Source: Chloroflexota bacterium (GTDB lineage Bacteria; Chloroflexota; Limnocylindria; P2-11E). From it: 64,000 nt of DNA. Where the stretch lies: the NCBI GenBank assembly GCA_038040265.1, contig JBBPIP010000013.1, forward strand, positions 5,546 through 69,545, given 5' to 3'. Shown piece after piece: positions 22,901 to 31,615 of this stretch. Each line of letters starts with the position of its first letter. Positions within the stretch are counted from its first letter, which is position 1. The notes under the pieces are model-generated. The model did no database searches, had not been told where the DNA came from, and saw nothing but the letters and a program-made list of their open reading frames with translations. The position numbers and the translations under genes were made by a program.

Positions 22901-23692
22901 GAGGCGGGGGAGGACCTGGTCACGATCGCGTGCGTGGTGACGAACGCGCGCAAGCACATCACCAAGAACAAGCAGCTCATGATGTTCGCGCAAGTCGAAG
23001 ATCTGACCGGCAGCATCGAGGTCACTGTCTTTCCGCGTGTCTACGAAGCGACGGCGCCCATCTGGAGCACCGACGAGGTGCTGCTCGTGCTCGCGCGTGT
23101 CGAGCAGCGTGACGAGGACCCGAAGCTTCTCTGCGAGCACGCGGTGCGTTTCGACGACGCCGGAATCGAGGAGATCAAGCGCGTCGCCGAGGAGCGCCGG
23201 CAGTTCCTCGCCAAGCGTGCCAAGTACACGGCGCGCAGTGGAAACGGCGGGAGCGCGCAGTCTGTAGCCGTGCAGACGGGGTCTGGGGGCCCTACTCCAT
23301 CAGGGGCCCCTTCCCCTGGGGCCTCTCTTCGTCGGACCTATGGGCCGGGGCGGGACGAGAGCGTGATGGCTCCAGCCCAACGGTCCTCCTCAGAGAAACC
23401 CCTCCCCCCGTCAATGGAGACACCCGAGCCCGCTCCCGATGAGCCTCCTGCCCTCGTCATTCGGTTCCGGGAGGTGCTCGACTATGAGCGCTCCATCGCG
23501 CTCTTCCAGAAGATCCAGGAGGTCCTGAAAGACCACGCCGGCGTGTCGCAGGTCGTGCTCGAGCTGCCACGAAATGGCGGCGGGATGCGTCGGGTCCAGA
23601 CCTCTTTCCGCGCGAAACCCTCGAAGGAGTTGGCCGAGGCGGTCGCGCGTGAGGTCGGCGGCGACGTCGTCGAAGTCGTCCTCCCGCGTTGA
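19970..23692 (+). CDS. dnaE: DNA polymerase III alpha subunit
   Basis: PHP HLHTHSEYSLLDG/TDHG/TNDIH, RGSAGGS, FERFLN, PDIDVDF, HAAGVVI, YGFNRAHA, OB fold; long low-complexity linker near the C-terminus. Confidence 0.98.
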   Translation: MGQGISKNFVHLHTHSEYSLLDGLSRLSDLVARAKALDMPALGLTDHGALYGAIDFYTLCRDAGIKPIIGVETYIARNNRFDRDPRSEGHGKPWHLVLLAKDFTGYQNLVAMVTAAHLEGYYYRPRMDKDLLRERSEGLIALSACLQGELARAIQDEGIDAACAVAEEHRGIFGDGNYYLELMSHGIPEQERVNEGVREVSRRTGVPLVVTNDIHYVHAEDAEAQDVMVCIQSGKTIDTPDRLKMIDNPELFMRTAAQMSELFPNDHEALENTLRIAEKVDLKLPLGELRLPHFEVPDGKTPEEQLRTLADAGAMEKYGAITHELRERIDKELAIIAKTGYTGYILIVQDFIRFAHEQGILTAVRGSAGGSVVNYAIGMTDIDPLKYGLIFERFLNLERFTPPDIDVDFMGDRRDEVIQYVTQKYGADRVAQIGTFNTMLARAAVRDVARVLGMPYGEADRVAKTIPFGTDLTDSRRMSTELRDLEQEPHVQRLLDLAERVEGLVRSTGTHAAGVVISREPITQLVPLERSKGNVNALQTQYEDKQLEKLGVLKFDFLGLGNLTILDHALRLIESKRGIKIRREDIPLDDKKTFELLGSGETTGMFQLESAGMRRYIRELKPDRVEDVMAMVALFRPGPMDYIPTYIRRKHGEEPVTYAHPTLEPVLKATYGVMVYQEDVMAVTQALAGFTLAEADVLCYAVRKKFRDKLDAQKVKFVSGAIRNGVHADVIEAVWKDFEPFARYGFNRAHAAIYGIIAYHTAYLKANYTTEYMTAVLSAEMGTPDRIAIAVAECRRMGLSVLAPDVNESELDFAFTPKGIRFGLGAVKNVGEGAAEAIVEARRAGGPFGSLDDFCDRLDLQRTNKRVIESLIKSGACDELGPRLWQLDRLDQVLETAQRGQRDRASGQVGLFEELGFSGQLHAKFIPGPNAKFLDSPKEKLAWEKELLGIYLSAHPLNALAPRMKDVENLVALAELSEAGEDLVTIACVVTNARKHITKNKQLMMFAQVEDLTGSIEVTVFPRVYEATAPIWSTDEVLLVLARVEQRDEDPKLLCEHAVRFDDAGIEEIKRVAEERRQFLAKRAKYTARSGNGGSAQSVAVQTGSGGPTPSGAPSPGASLRRTYGPGRDESVMAPAQRSSSEKPLPPSMETPEPAPDEPPALVIRFREVLDYERSIALFQKIQEVLKDHAGVSQVVLELPRNGGGMRRVQTSFRAKPSKELAEAVAREVGGDVVEVVLPR

Positions 23693-23705
23693 GCACCGTT
23701 GGTAG

Positions 23706-23722
23706 CCCGCTCGCCTAGCGGG
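23706..23722 (+). terminator. GC hairpin after dnaE, possible terminator
   Basis: CCCGCT-CGCCT-AGCGGG 14 nt after the stop; no U-tract. Confidence 0.3.
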
Positions 23723-23755
23723 AGATTGGCACAGCGCGTGCCTCCCTCCCCTCAT

Positions 23756-25336
23756 ATGCCCAGCCGTGCGCGCCTGCGCCGATTACACGACGCCAACGAC
23801 GAAATGATCAGGTCGCTCGACCTCGAGCACCGGCTCCGGAACGCGGTCACGTCCGCGCGCGATCTCGTGCCGGCCGATGCAGCCGCGGTTTTTCTCCCCA
23901 GTAGCGAAGGAGACGCGTTCGTCATCCGAGCGCACGATGGCCTCTCCCAGGCGTACGCGGCCCAGCAGAGCCTCCCTATCGACGAAGTACGCGCGCAGTT
24001 TCGCGCCGCGGGCGAGCACGCGATCATCGATCTGCCGGCCGGCAGCGTCGGCGATCACGCACTGATCAAGGTCGAGGGCCTCGCGAAGCTCCTCTCACTC
24101 CCGCTCTTCTTCGAGAGCAAGCTGATCGGCGCGCTCGCGATCTACAGCAAGGATCCGAGCCGGTCGTTCACGCCTGAAGACATCGAGCTCGCCCACTTGC
24201 TCGCCGCGACGACGGCGATCGGGATCACCAACTCGCGTCTATATGGAGAGGCGGTCGCCCAGCAGGACCTGCACCGGCATCTGCTCGACGCCCTCGGCGA
24301 CGGCGTCCTCATCGGGTGGCCAAACGGCAGGTACGAGACGAACCCACGGGGCCGAGAGATTCTCGGGGTCGGCGACTTCGAGACGCTCGCCGAGCTTCGC
24401 GCCGCCATCGACGTCAAAGACCTGATGACCGGCGAGTCGATCGCCCCCGGCGCGTACCCGCTCGATCGGGCGCTCATGGGCGAGAAAAGCCGAGGCGAAT
24501 ACTTCGTGACGCGGCCCGACGCGGGCGACCGGCGCGACCTCGAGGTGAGCGCGGCGCCGGTGCGCGGGCCAGGCGGCGAGGTCGTTGCCGGCGTCATGAC
24601 GATCCACGACGTCACGGACCTCTTGGCGAGCGAGCGGGAGCGCGAGCAGTTCCTGTCGATCGTCTCGCATGAGCTGCGGACACCTCTGACGCCTCTCAAG
24701 GCGCTGGCCCAGCTCGTCCGCTCGCGGATGCGCCGATCGCAGCAGCAGGGGACGCCGCTCGATATGGAATCGCTCGACCGCAATCTCGCCGCGATCGAGC
24801 GTCAGGTCGATCGGATGAACGGCCTCGTCAACGATCTGCTGTCGGTTTCGCGGGCGGAGAAGGGCTCGTTGAGCATGGAGCGAGTGTCGTACGACCTCGC
24901 CGTCGTGCTCCGCGACGTCGTGCAGCGCTACATCGACGCGACCCTCGAGGAAGGACGCCACACGTTCACGGTCGAGGCTCCTGCGACTCTACCTGCGCAT
25001 GGGGATCAGTCACGCGTCGAGCAGCTCCTCATGAACCTCGTCGGCAACGCGGTGAAGTACTCACCGAGCGGTGGCCAGGTGCGTGTGGCGCTCGCGGCCC
25101 AGGACAGGAGCGCCGAGATCGCGATCAGCGACAACGGGATCGGGATTCCTCCCGACGATCTGCCGAAGCTGGGGCATCCCTTCGTGCGCGGCGGAGGACG
25201 CGCCGGGACCTTCGCCGGGATGGGCGTGGGTCTGTACGTCGCGCGGATTGTGGCCGAAGCGCATGGCGGGTCGCTCGCGCTCGAGAGCGATGGAGACGGC
25301 AAGGGGACGATCGTCCGGGTGAAGCTACCCCTCTAG
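23756..25336 (+). CDS. Sensor histidine kinase (GAF-PAS-HisKA-HATPase_c), cytoplasmic
   Basis: H-box SHELRTPL, N-box NLVGNAVKYS, DNGIGI, GMGVGL; GAF 'LSLPL...IGALAIY'; no TM. Start ATG 23756 or GTG 23699. Confidence 0.92.
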   Translation: MPSRARLRRLHDANDEMIRSLDLEHRLRNAVTSARDLVPADAAAVFLPSSEGDAFVIRAHDGLSQAYAAQQSLPIDEVRAQFRAAGEHAIIDLPAGSVGDHALIKVEGLAKLLSLPLFFESKLIGALAIYSKDPSRSFTPEDIELAHLLAATTAIGITNSRLYGEAVAQQDLHRHLLDALGDGVLIGWPNGRYETNPRGREILGVGDFETLAELRAAIDVKDLMTGESIAPGAYPLDRALMGEKSRGEYFVTRPDAGDRRDLEVSAAPVRGPGGEVVAGVMTIHDVTDLLASEREREQFLSIVSHELRTPLTPLKALAQLVRSRMRRSQQQGTPLDMESLDRNLAAIERQVDRMNGLVNDLLSVSRAEKGSLSMERVSYDLAVVLRDVVQRYIDATLEEGRHTFTVEAPATLPAHGDQSRVEQLLMNLVGNAVKYSPSGGQVRVALAAQDRSAEIAISDNGIGIPPDDLPKLGHPFVRGGGRAGTFAGMGVGLYVARIVAEAHGGSLALESDGDGKGTIVRVKLPL

Positions 25337-25344
25337 GTGGTCGG

Positions 25345-25429
25345 TGCCGGAGGAGGGATTTGAACCCTCACGGGCTTTTCAACCCAAGAGATTTTGAGTC
25401 TCTCATGTCTGCCATTTCATCACTCCGGC
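25345..25429 (-). tRNA. tRNA-Leu (anticodon CAA)
   Basis: GCCGGAG/CTCCGGC acceptor stem, AGAGA-CTCAAAA-TCTCT anticodon arm, long variable arm, GGTTCAAATCC T-arm; CCA not encoded; TAGAAT -10 at 25444-25439. Confidence 0.97.
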
Positions 25430-25434
25430 GCAGA

Positions 25435-26247
25435 TCACATTCTAGGTTTCGCTAAGAGCGCTATCGCATCTTTCGCCAGGCGCGGATTTGCGATGACGAC
25501 CTGCCGCTCGTTCCACGCCGCATCGCTCCCGGTCTTGAGCGACAGCACGGCCGCACCGGCCTCGCGCGCGAGCAGTGCTGGCGCCGCGACATCCCAAGGC
25601 GACAGCGCCTGATGGACGAACAGATCGAACCGCCCCATCGCGACGTAGGAGATCTCCAACCCCGCGGAGCCGATCACGCGAAGGCGCGCGCACGTGGCGT
25701 TCAGTTTCACGAAGCGCGAGTCCTTCTTCTTTGTCTCGCCAAAGCCAAGGCTCGCGACGGCGAACGCCTCGGTGAGACTTGTCACCCGCGAGACCCGGAT
25801 GGGTTGGCCATTCCGTTTCGCCCCCGCGCCCTCTGACGCGATGAAGGTCTCGCCCGTGCGCGGCGCATGGATGGCCGCCGCGCGCGTGCGGCCGCCCTCG
25901 ACGTAGCCGATAAGCACGCAATAGAAGGGAAGGCCGCGGCTGAAGTTGAGCGTGCCGTCGAGGGGGTCGACGACCCAGAGCCGCTCGGCGTCGACGATCC
26001 CCTTGCGGACGCTCTCTTCCGCGAGGATCGGAATCTGCGAATCGTGAGCCGATAGCCGCGAGATGATCGCTAGCTCGGCGGCGTGATCGGCCGCGGTCGC
26101 GAAGTTGGCCCGCCCGCGCTTGCGCGTGACGATCTCGGTGTCGCTGACCCCGATTGCGTCGCCGACCGCCACGGCGGTGTCGGCGGCTAGGCGCGCGAGC
26201 TTGGCGAAACGGGCCTGGTCGCGCGAGCTAGGTTTTGCGTCCGGCAT
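25435..26247 (-). CDS. Inositol monophosphatase family protein
   Basis: ATAADHAAE, ILAEES, WVVDPLDGTLNF, GSAGLE, PWDVAA. Confidence 0.93.
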   Translation of the reverse strand: MPDAKPSSRDQARFAKLARLAADTAVAVGDAIGVSDTEIVTRKRGRANFATAADHAAELAIISRLSAHDSQIPILAEESVRKGIVDAERLWVVDPLDGTLNFSRGLPFYCVLIGYVEGGRTRAAAIHAPRTGETFIASEGAGAKRNGQPIRVSRVTSLTEAFAVASLGFGETKKKDSRFVKLNATCARLRVIGSAGLEISYVAMGRFDLFVHQALSPWDVAAPALLAREAGAAVLSLKTGSDAAWNERQVVIANPRLAKDAIALLAKPRM

Positions 26248-26638
26248 CGGTCGGGCAGAGTACGCGTACGCGGTCCAGCAGATCGTTGAGGTCGAAGGGC
26301 TTGGAGATCACCTCTTTTATGCCCCGCTGCGCGAAGTCTTTGTCGTATTGAGTCGTCGCGGCGCTGACAAAGAGCACGGGCATGTCGCGAATGTCGGTGT
26401 CTACGCGAACCCGATCGAACACCTCAAAGCCGTTGAGGCCCGGCATCATGATGTCGAGGATGAGGAGGTCGGCGTGCACTTGACGAACGGTTTCGATCAC
26501 CAACGCGCCATCAGACACGACAACGGCCTGGTACCCGGCCTCGTCGTTGATGGAGTCGCGCAGCAGCGTCGCGATCGGTTCGTCATCTTCACCGATGACG
26601 ACGACCTTTTTCTTTTGTTCTCCGGTCATGCTTTCCAT
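26228..26638 (-). CDS. Stand-alone response regulator receiver (CheY-like)
   Basis: VIGEDD, DLLILDIMMPGLNG, VLFVSA, SKPF; ATG 26638 preceded by TAGATT-N5. Confidence 0.92.
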   Translation of the reverse strand: MESMTGEQKKKVVVIGEDDEPIATLLRDSINDEAGYQAVVVSDGALVIETVRQVHADLLILDIMMPGLNGFEVFDRVRVDTDIRDMPVLFVSAATTQYDKDFAQRGIKEVISKPFDLNDLLDRVRVLCPTDAGRKT

Positions 26639-26682
26639 GAGGCAATCTACAGAAGAAGTTGCGACCAGGCGAAAGTTCCCTG

Positions 26683-27276
26683 ATGCGGCCGGACCCCGGG
26701 GGAGCGAGCGATGCGCTCCTCGATCGCGCGCGACGTGGCGACGCTCGGGCTTTCGAGCAGCTTGCTCTCGAGATCGAGCGGCCTCTGTATCGCCATGCGG
26801 CGCGCATGCTGGGTCATGACGACGCGGAAGACGCCGTGCAAGACGCGCTCCTATCCGCTTGGAAGTCCCTCGCGTCATTCGAGGGAACGTCGTTCCGCGC
26901 GTGGGTTTTCCGCATCGTGACGAACCGCGCGCTCGACAAGCTTCGCGCGCGGAAACGCCGGCCCGAGCTTCCGCTCGATCCCCCGACCGAAAGCGACGAT
27001 TCGGCGGCTTGGGCTGAGCCGACAGCGCCCGGCCCCGAGCTCGCGGACCTCGCCGCGGATCGCGAAGCGTTGCGCGTCGTGGAGGAGGCGCTCGCGACGC
27101 TTCCGGCGGAGCAGCGCGCGGTGCTCCTACTTCGAGACGTCGAAGGCTTCGCCTACGAGGAGATCGCGACGATCACGTCGACCGAGGTCGGAACCGTGAA
27201 ATCGCGTATCCACCGCGGCCGTCTCGCCGTACGAAACATCCTCGTAAGTCGTGGCTGGAAGGGATCAGCCGGGTGA
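26683..27276 (+). CDS. ECF (sigma-70 group 4) RNA polymerase sigma factor
   Basis: DAEDAVQDALLSAWK, FRAWVFRIVTN, region 4 'LLLRDVEGFAYEEIA...GTVKSRIHRGR'. Confidence 0.95.
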   Translation: MRPDPGGASDALLDRARRGDARAFEQLALEIERPLYRHAARMLGHDDAEDAVQDALLSAWKSLASFEGTSFRAWVFRIVTNRALDKLRARKRRPELPLDPPTESDDSAAWAEPTAPGPELADLAADREALRVVEEALATLPAEQRAVLLLRDVEGFAYEEIATITSTEVGTVKSRIHRGRLAVRNILVSRGWKGSAG

Positions 27277-27277
27277 G

Positions 27278-27302
27278 GGAACTGATCCAGAGCCCCAGCG
27301 TC
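27278..27302 (+). promoter_or_regulatory. Candidate ECF-sigma promoter (GGAACT-N16-GTC) in front of the anti-sigma gene
   Basis: GGAACT 27278-27283, GTC 27300-27302, then SD AGGAGG 27311-27316 and GTG 27324. Confidence 0.55.
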
Positions 27303-27323
27303 CTAGGGATAGGAGGCTAGGCC

Positions 27324-28004
27324 GTGCATCCGTTCGGCGACCTTTCGGCATACCTGGACGAGGCGCTTTCGTCCGAGGATCGGACCTCGGTGCAGGCGCA
27401 CCTCGACACGTGCGGCCTCTGCCGGACCCGTCTGGCGGAGCTTCGCGGCACCGCTCGGCTCATCGCCGCGCTTCCCATGCCGGTGCCGTCCCGCTCGCTG
27501 GTTCCGCGCGTCTCCGTCCCGATCTGGCTCGCTCCTCTTCGCACGTTCTCGACCTTCGCGAGTGGGGCTGCGATCTTCCTGTTCATCGCTTCCGCGATTC
27601 TCACGACCTTCCCGCGCGCGGTCGGCACCAGTGCCGGCTCGGCCGCTGCGCCCGCCCCCAACACCGTGAGCGCGCCTCAGGCGTCCGGTGGCGCCGTGGC
27701 CGACTCGGCGACGAGCGACCCGGCGAAATTCCAGGCCTCCGCGCCAAGTCCCGCGCCGAGCCCAGCGACGTCGCAGGAGCGCTCAATTCAGGGCAGCTCA
27801 CCAACCCCACCCGATGCTTCTCAGGTCGGGAGACAGGATGTGCAGCCTTCCTCTTCGACCGCCCTGGCCGTGGATGGCCGTGCACAGGCTTCGCGCAACG
27901 AACCCGGGCTTTTCGTGCTGCTCTCGCCATGGTTGTGGCTCGCTCTCGGCCTTCTGTTCGCCGCCCTTTCGTTCATCGTCAGCCGGAGGCTCCGCTCCAC
28001 CTAG
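27324..28004 (+). CDS. Zinc-binding (ZAS, zf-HC2) anti-sigma factor with two TM segments
   Basis: LSAYLD...HLDTCGLC (HxxxCxxC); TM near aa 72-95 and at the C-terminus; Ser/Ala/Pro/Gln-rich linker between. Confidence 0.88.
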   Translation: MHPFGDLSAYLDEALSSEDRTSVQAHLDTCGLCRTRLAELRGTARLIAALPMPVPSRSLVPRVSVPIWLAPLRTFSTFASGAAIFLFIASAILTTFPRAVGTSAGSAAAPAPNTVSAPQASGGAVADSATSDPAKFQASAPSPAPSPATSQERSIQGSSPTPPDASQVGRQDVQPSSSTALAVDGRAQASRNEPGLFVLLSPWLWLALGLLFAALSFIVSRRLRST

Positions 28005-28020
28005 CGGCGATACTCGTCTA

Positions 28021-30762
28021 GTGACCGAACGTCTTGCCCTCATCGACTCGAACAGCCTGATCTACCGGGCGTTCTTCGCTGTGCCGCCGCTCACCACGAC
28101 GAAGGGCGAGCTGGCCAACGCGACGTTCGGCTTCGCGTCGATCCTCCTGAAGTCGCTCGAGCAAGCGACCCCGCAGCACATCGCGGCGGCGTTCGACCTG
28201 CCGGTGCCGACGTTCCGACACGAGAAGGACGCGACGTACAAGGCCACGCGCAAGCCCATGCCCGACGAGCTCCGTCCGCAGATCGAGCGCTGCAAGCAGC
28301 TGCTCGAGGCGTTCGGTATCCCGATGTACTCGCTCCCGGGATTCGAGGCCGACGACGTCATAGGTGCGCTCGCGCGGCAGGCCGAGGCGATGGGCCTCGA
28401 GACCATCATCGTTTCCGGGGACCTCGATCCGCTTCAGCTCGTGACGCCGCGGATCAAGCTCATGACGACGCGACAGGGCTTTCAGAACACCGTCGTCTAC
28501 GACGAGGAGATGATCCAGCAGCGCTACGGACTGCGGCCGGACCAGATGGTGGACTTCAAGGCGCTCAAGGGCGACGCGACCGACAACATCCCGGGCGTAC
28601 CCGGTGTCGGCGAGAAGACCGCCGCGAAGCTCATCGCGGAGCGCGGGACCCTCGAAGGCGTGTATGCGGATCTCGGCGCGTACACGCCGCGTCTTCGCGA
28701 GGCCCTGACCACGAACAAGGAGCAGGTCCTCCGCAGCCGCGAGCTCGCGACGATCGTCACGGATCTGCCGATTACCCTCGAGCTCGAGCGGACTCGTCGG
28801 ACCACGTACGACCGTGCCGCGGTGCTCGAGCTCTTCCGTGATCTCGAGTTTCGGAGCCTCGTGCCCAGGCTGCCGCCGGCCGATCAGAATCTCGCCGCAC
28901 CCGCGCCGACCGCATTCGCTCCGATCGTTCCCCGCGGCGGGCAGATGCAGCTTGGCCTCGAGCCCGCACCCTCGGTGGCACCTCCCGTCGAGACCGCGCT
29001 CGTTGCCGACATCGATGCGGACCAGGTCGCGAAGGAGCTGCGCAAGGCCGGCGCGTTCGCGGTCCACGCGGACGTGGACTCCACCGGTCGGCACCCGTTG
29101 CTCGTCGGTCTCGGCTTCGCTGCGGGCGAGCGCGCCTGGTACGTCCCAACACCCGATGGCGTCCTCGGTCCGATCGCGAGCGTCCTGCTGGACGAGACGG
29201 TCGCCAAGACCGCGCACGACGCGAAGACCGCGCGCCGCGCGCTGCGTCGTGCGGGTGCCGATATCGCCGGCCTCTCGATGGACACGATGGTCGCGAGCTA
29301 TCTCGTGAACGCGAGCCGGCGCTATCACGCGCTCGAGGACCTGGCGGCCGAGCGGCTCAAGCTCGAGGTGCCCGTCCTCCCGGTGGCCGATCGGAAGGAT
29401 CCGTACCGCACGCCGACGCTCGACGAACGCCTGGCGCGCGCGGGCGCTGGCGCGGTGGCGGCCGCACGGCTCGGCGAGCAGTTCGCGGTCGAGCTCGAAC
29501 GCCTGAATCTCGACCGTCTCTACCGCGACGTCGAGCTCCCGCTCGTCGACGTGCTCGTCGAGATGGAAGAGGCCGGTATCGCCGTCGACACCGTGTACCT
29601 CCGCGACCTCGGCGAGGAGTTCGCGCGCGAGGTCGCGCGTATCGAGCAGGAGGCGTTCGCCGCGGTGGGTCACGAGTTCGGGCTGAACTCGCCCAAGCAG
29701 CTCCAGGCGCTCCTGTTCGAAGAGCTGAAGCTGCCCCGCGGCCGCCGCACGGGGACCGGGTTTTCCACCGATGCGACCGTGCTCGAAGAGCTTCGCGGCG
29801 CGCATCCGGTGATCGACAAGATCCTCGAATACCGGGAGATCGAGAAGCTGCGCTCGACATACGCCGAAGGCCTAGGCGCGCTCGTCGATCCCGAGACACG
29901 GCGTGTCCACACCACGTTCGAGCAAACGGTCGCGGCGACCGGCCGCCTCTCGAGTCGCGCGCCGAATCTGCAGAACATCCCGATCCGCACGCCGCTCGGC
30001 CGCCGCATCCGCCGCGCGTTCGTGGCCGGCTCGCCCGACCGCGTCCTGGTCGCCGCGGACTACTCGCAGATCGAGCTCCGCGTGCTCGCGCACGTGTCGC
30101 AGGATCCCGCGCTGCTGGATGCCTTCCGTTCGGGTGCCGACATCCACCGGCGCACCGCGGCGGCAGGATTCGGCGTCGCCGAGAGTGCCGTGACGCGCGA
30201 GCAGCGCGATGTCGCGAAGATGCTCAACTTCGGGATCATCTACGGGATGAGCGACTTCGGTCTCGCGTGGCGGATGCAGATGCCGCGCGAGGAAGCGCAA
30301 CGCTTCATCGACGAATACTTCAAGCGATACGGCCAGGTGCGCCGCTATGTCCTCGAGACGAAGGCCTTCTGCGTCGAGCAGGGCTACGTCGAGACACTAC
30401 TTGGACGGCGCCGCTACATCCCCGACATGACGAGCCGAGTGAATGCGGTCCGCAACGCGGCGGAGCGCATGGCGATCAACATGCCGATTCAGGGGACGGC
30501 CGCGGACATCATGAAGATCGCGATGGCGCGCGTGCACCGCGCGCTCCACGACAGCGACCTCCACGCCCGCGTTCTGCTTCAAGTGCACGACGAGCTGGTC
30601 GCCGAGGTTCCGCGCCTTGAGGTCGAACGGATGGCGCGACTGTTGGGCGACGAGATGAGCGGGGCATATGACCTCGACGTGCCCCTCATCGTCGACGTCC
30701 GCGCCGGGCCGAACTGGGACGAGATGCAGCGGCTCGAAGTCCCCGCGACCGCGAATGCCTGA
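28021..30762 (+). CDS. polA: DNA polymerase I
   Basis: 5'-3' exonuclease LIDSNSLIYRAFFA, EADD, GDATDNIPGV; polymerase motifs ADYSQIELR, AKMLNFGIIYG, LQVHDEL. GTG 28021. Confidence 0.98.
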   Translation: MTERLALIDSNSLIYRAFFAVPPLTTTKGELANATFGFASILLKSLEQATPQHIAAAFDLPVPTFRHEKDATYKATRKPMPDELRPQIERCKQLLEAFGIPMYSLPGFEADDVIGALARQAEAMGLETIIVSGDLDPLQLVTPRIKLMTTRQGFQNTVVYDEEMIQQRYGLRPDQMVDFKALKGDATDNIPGVPGVGEKTAAKLIAERGTLEGVYADLGAYTPRLREALTTNKEQVLRSRELATIVTDLPITLELERTRRTTYDRAAVLELFRDLEFRSLVPRLPPADQNLAAPAPTAFAPIVPRGGQMQLGLEPAPSVAPPVETALVADIDADQVAKELRKAGAFAVHADVDSTGRHPLLVGLGFAAGERAWYVPTPDGVLGPIASVLLDETVAKTAHDAKTARRALRRAGADIAGLSMDTMVASYLVNASRRYHALEDLAAERLKLEVPVLPVADRKDPYRTPTLDERLARAGAGAVAAARLGEQFAVELERLNLDRLYRDVELPLVDVLVEMEEAGIAVDTVYLRDLGEEFAREVARIEQEAFAAVGHEFGLNSPKQLQALLFEELKLPRGRRTGTGFSTDATVLEELRGAHPVIDKILEYREIEKLRSTYAEGLGALVDPETRRVHTTFEQTVAATGRLSSRAPNLQNIPIRTPLGRRIRRAFVAGSPDRVLVAADYSQIELRVLAHVSQDPALLDAFRSGADIHRRTAAAGFGVAESAVTREQRDVAKMLNFGIIYGMSDFGLAWRMQMPREEAQRFIDEYFKRYGQVRRYVLETKAFCVEQGYVETLLGRRRYIPDMTSRVNAVRNAAERMAINMPIQGTAADIMKIAMARVHRALHDSDLHARVLLQVHDELVAEVPRLEVERMARLLGDEMSGAYDLDVPLIVDVRAGPNWDEMQRLEVPATANA

Positions 30763-31615
30763 GCTCCCGGAAGTCGAGACCATCGCGCGGCAGCTCCGCG
30801 GCCTCGTCGTGGACCGCACCATCAGCGAGTTCGAGTCGCGCTGGGTCCGCCTGACCGAGCCGGAGCCTGCAGAGGTCGTCGGTGCGCGGCTGCGCGGCCG
30901 GCGCATCAGCGACGTGCGCCGCCGTGGCAAGTTCGTCGTCTTCGATCTGGACGGCGGCGAGGCGCTCGTGGTGTCGCTGCGGATGACCGGAAAGCTTCTG
31001 TTCGGAGTCGCCGACGTCGACGAGCGCTACGTCCGTGGCGAGATCCGCTTCGTCGATGGGACGGCGATGCGCTTCTCAGACACGCGCAAGTTTGGTCGGA
31101 TGGCGGTGATCGATGCAGCCACGCTCGATGGACCGACCGAGCGCCGCCGTCCGAAGATGCCGCTGCATGCGTCGCTCGGTCAGGAGCCTCTCGCGCGCGG
31201 CTTCACGGTTGCGTGGCTCAGCGCGCTCCTGCGCCGCCGCCCGCGGGCCGCGATCAAGGTTCTTCTCCTGGACCAACGTGCGATCGCGGGCATCGGGAAC
31301 ATCTACGCCGTCGAGGCGCTGTGGCGCGCGCGGATCCATCCGCTACGGAAGGCAGGTTCGCTGCGAACCGAGGAGATCGCGCGACTGCATGAAGCGATCC
31401 GCTGGGCGCTCCGCAAAGGAATCCGCCTGGGTGGCGCGTCGCCGAGCGACTACGTCGACGCGCGCGGGAACAAAGGGCGCATGCAGCGCGAGTTCCAGGT
31501 CTATTCGCGCGCGGGCGAGCCCTGCCCGCGGTGCGGGCGAGCGATCGTGCGCACCGTCGTCGGCGGGCGGGGGACATTTCACTGCTCCCGCTGCCAGAGG
31601 GCACCCCGAGCGTGA
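30755..31615 (+). CDS. mutM: Formamidopyrimidine-DNA glycosylase
   Basis: N-terminal MPELPEVE, RRGK, LRMTG, DQRAIAGIGNIY, C-terminal CPRC...CSRCQ zinc finger. Confidence 0.97.
   Translation: MPELPEVETIARQLRGLVVDRTISEFESRWVRLTEPEPAEVVGARLRGRRISDVRRRGKFVVFDLDGGEALVVSLRMTGKLLFGVADVDERYVRGEIRFVDGTAMRFSDTRKFGRMAVIDAATLDGPTERRRPKMPLHASLGQEPLARGFTVAWLSALLRRRPRAAIKVLLLDQRAIAGIGNIYAVEALWRARIHPLRKAGSLRTEEIARLHEAIRWALRKGIRLGGASPSDYVDARGNKGRMQREFQVYSRAGEPCPRCGRAIVRTVVGGRGTFHCSRCQRAPRA

Noticed and set aside
23726-23742. Sigma54-like TTGGCAC-N5-GTGC upstream of the histidine kinase
   Set aside because: GG-N10-GC spacing fits, but -12 is GTGC not TTGC. It is also explained as a short GGCAC/GTGCC palindrome, and there is no enhancer-binding protein or rpoN in the window.
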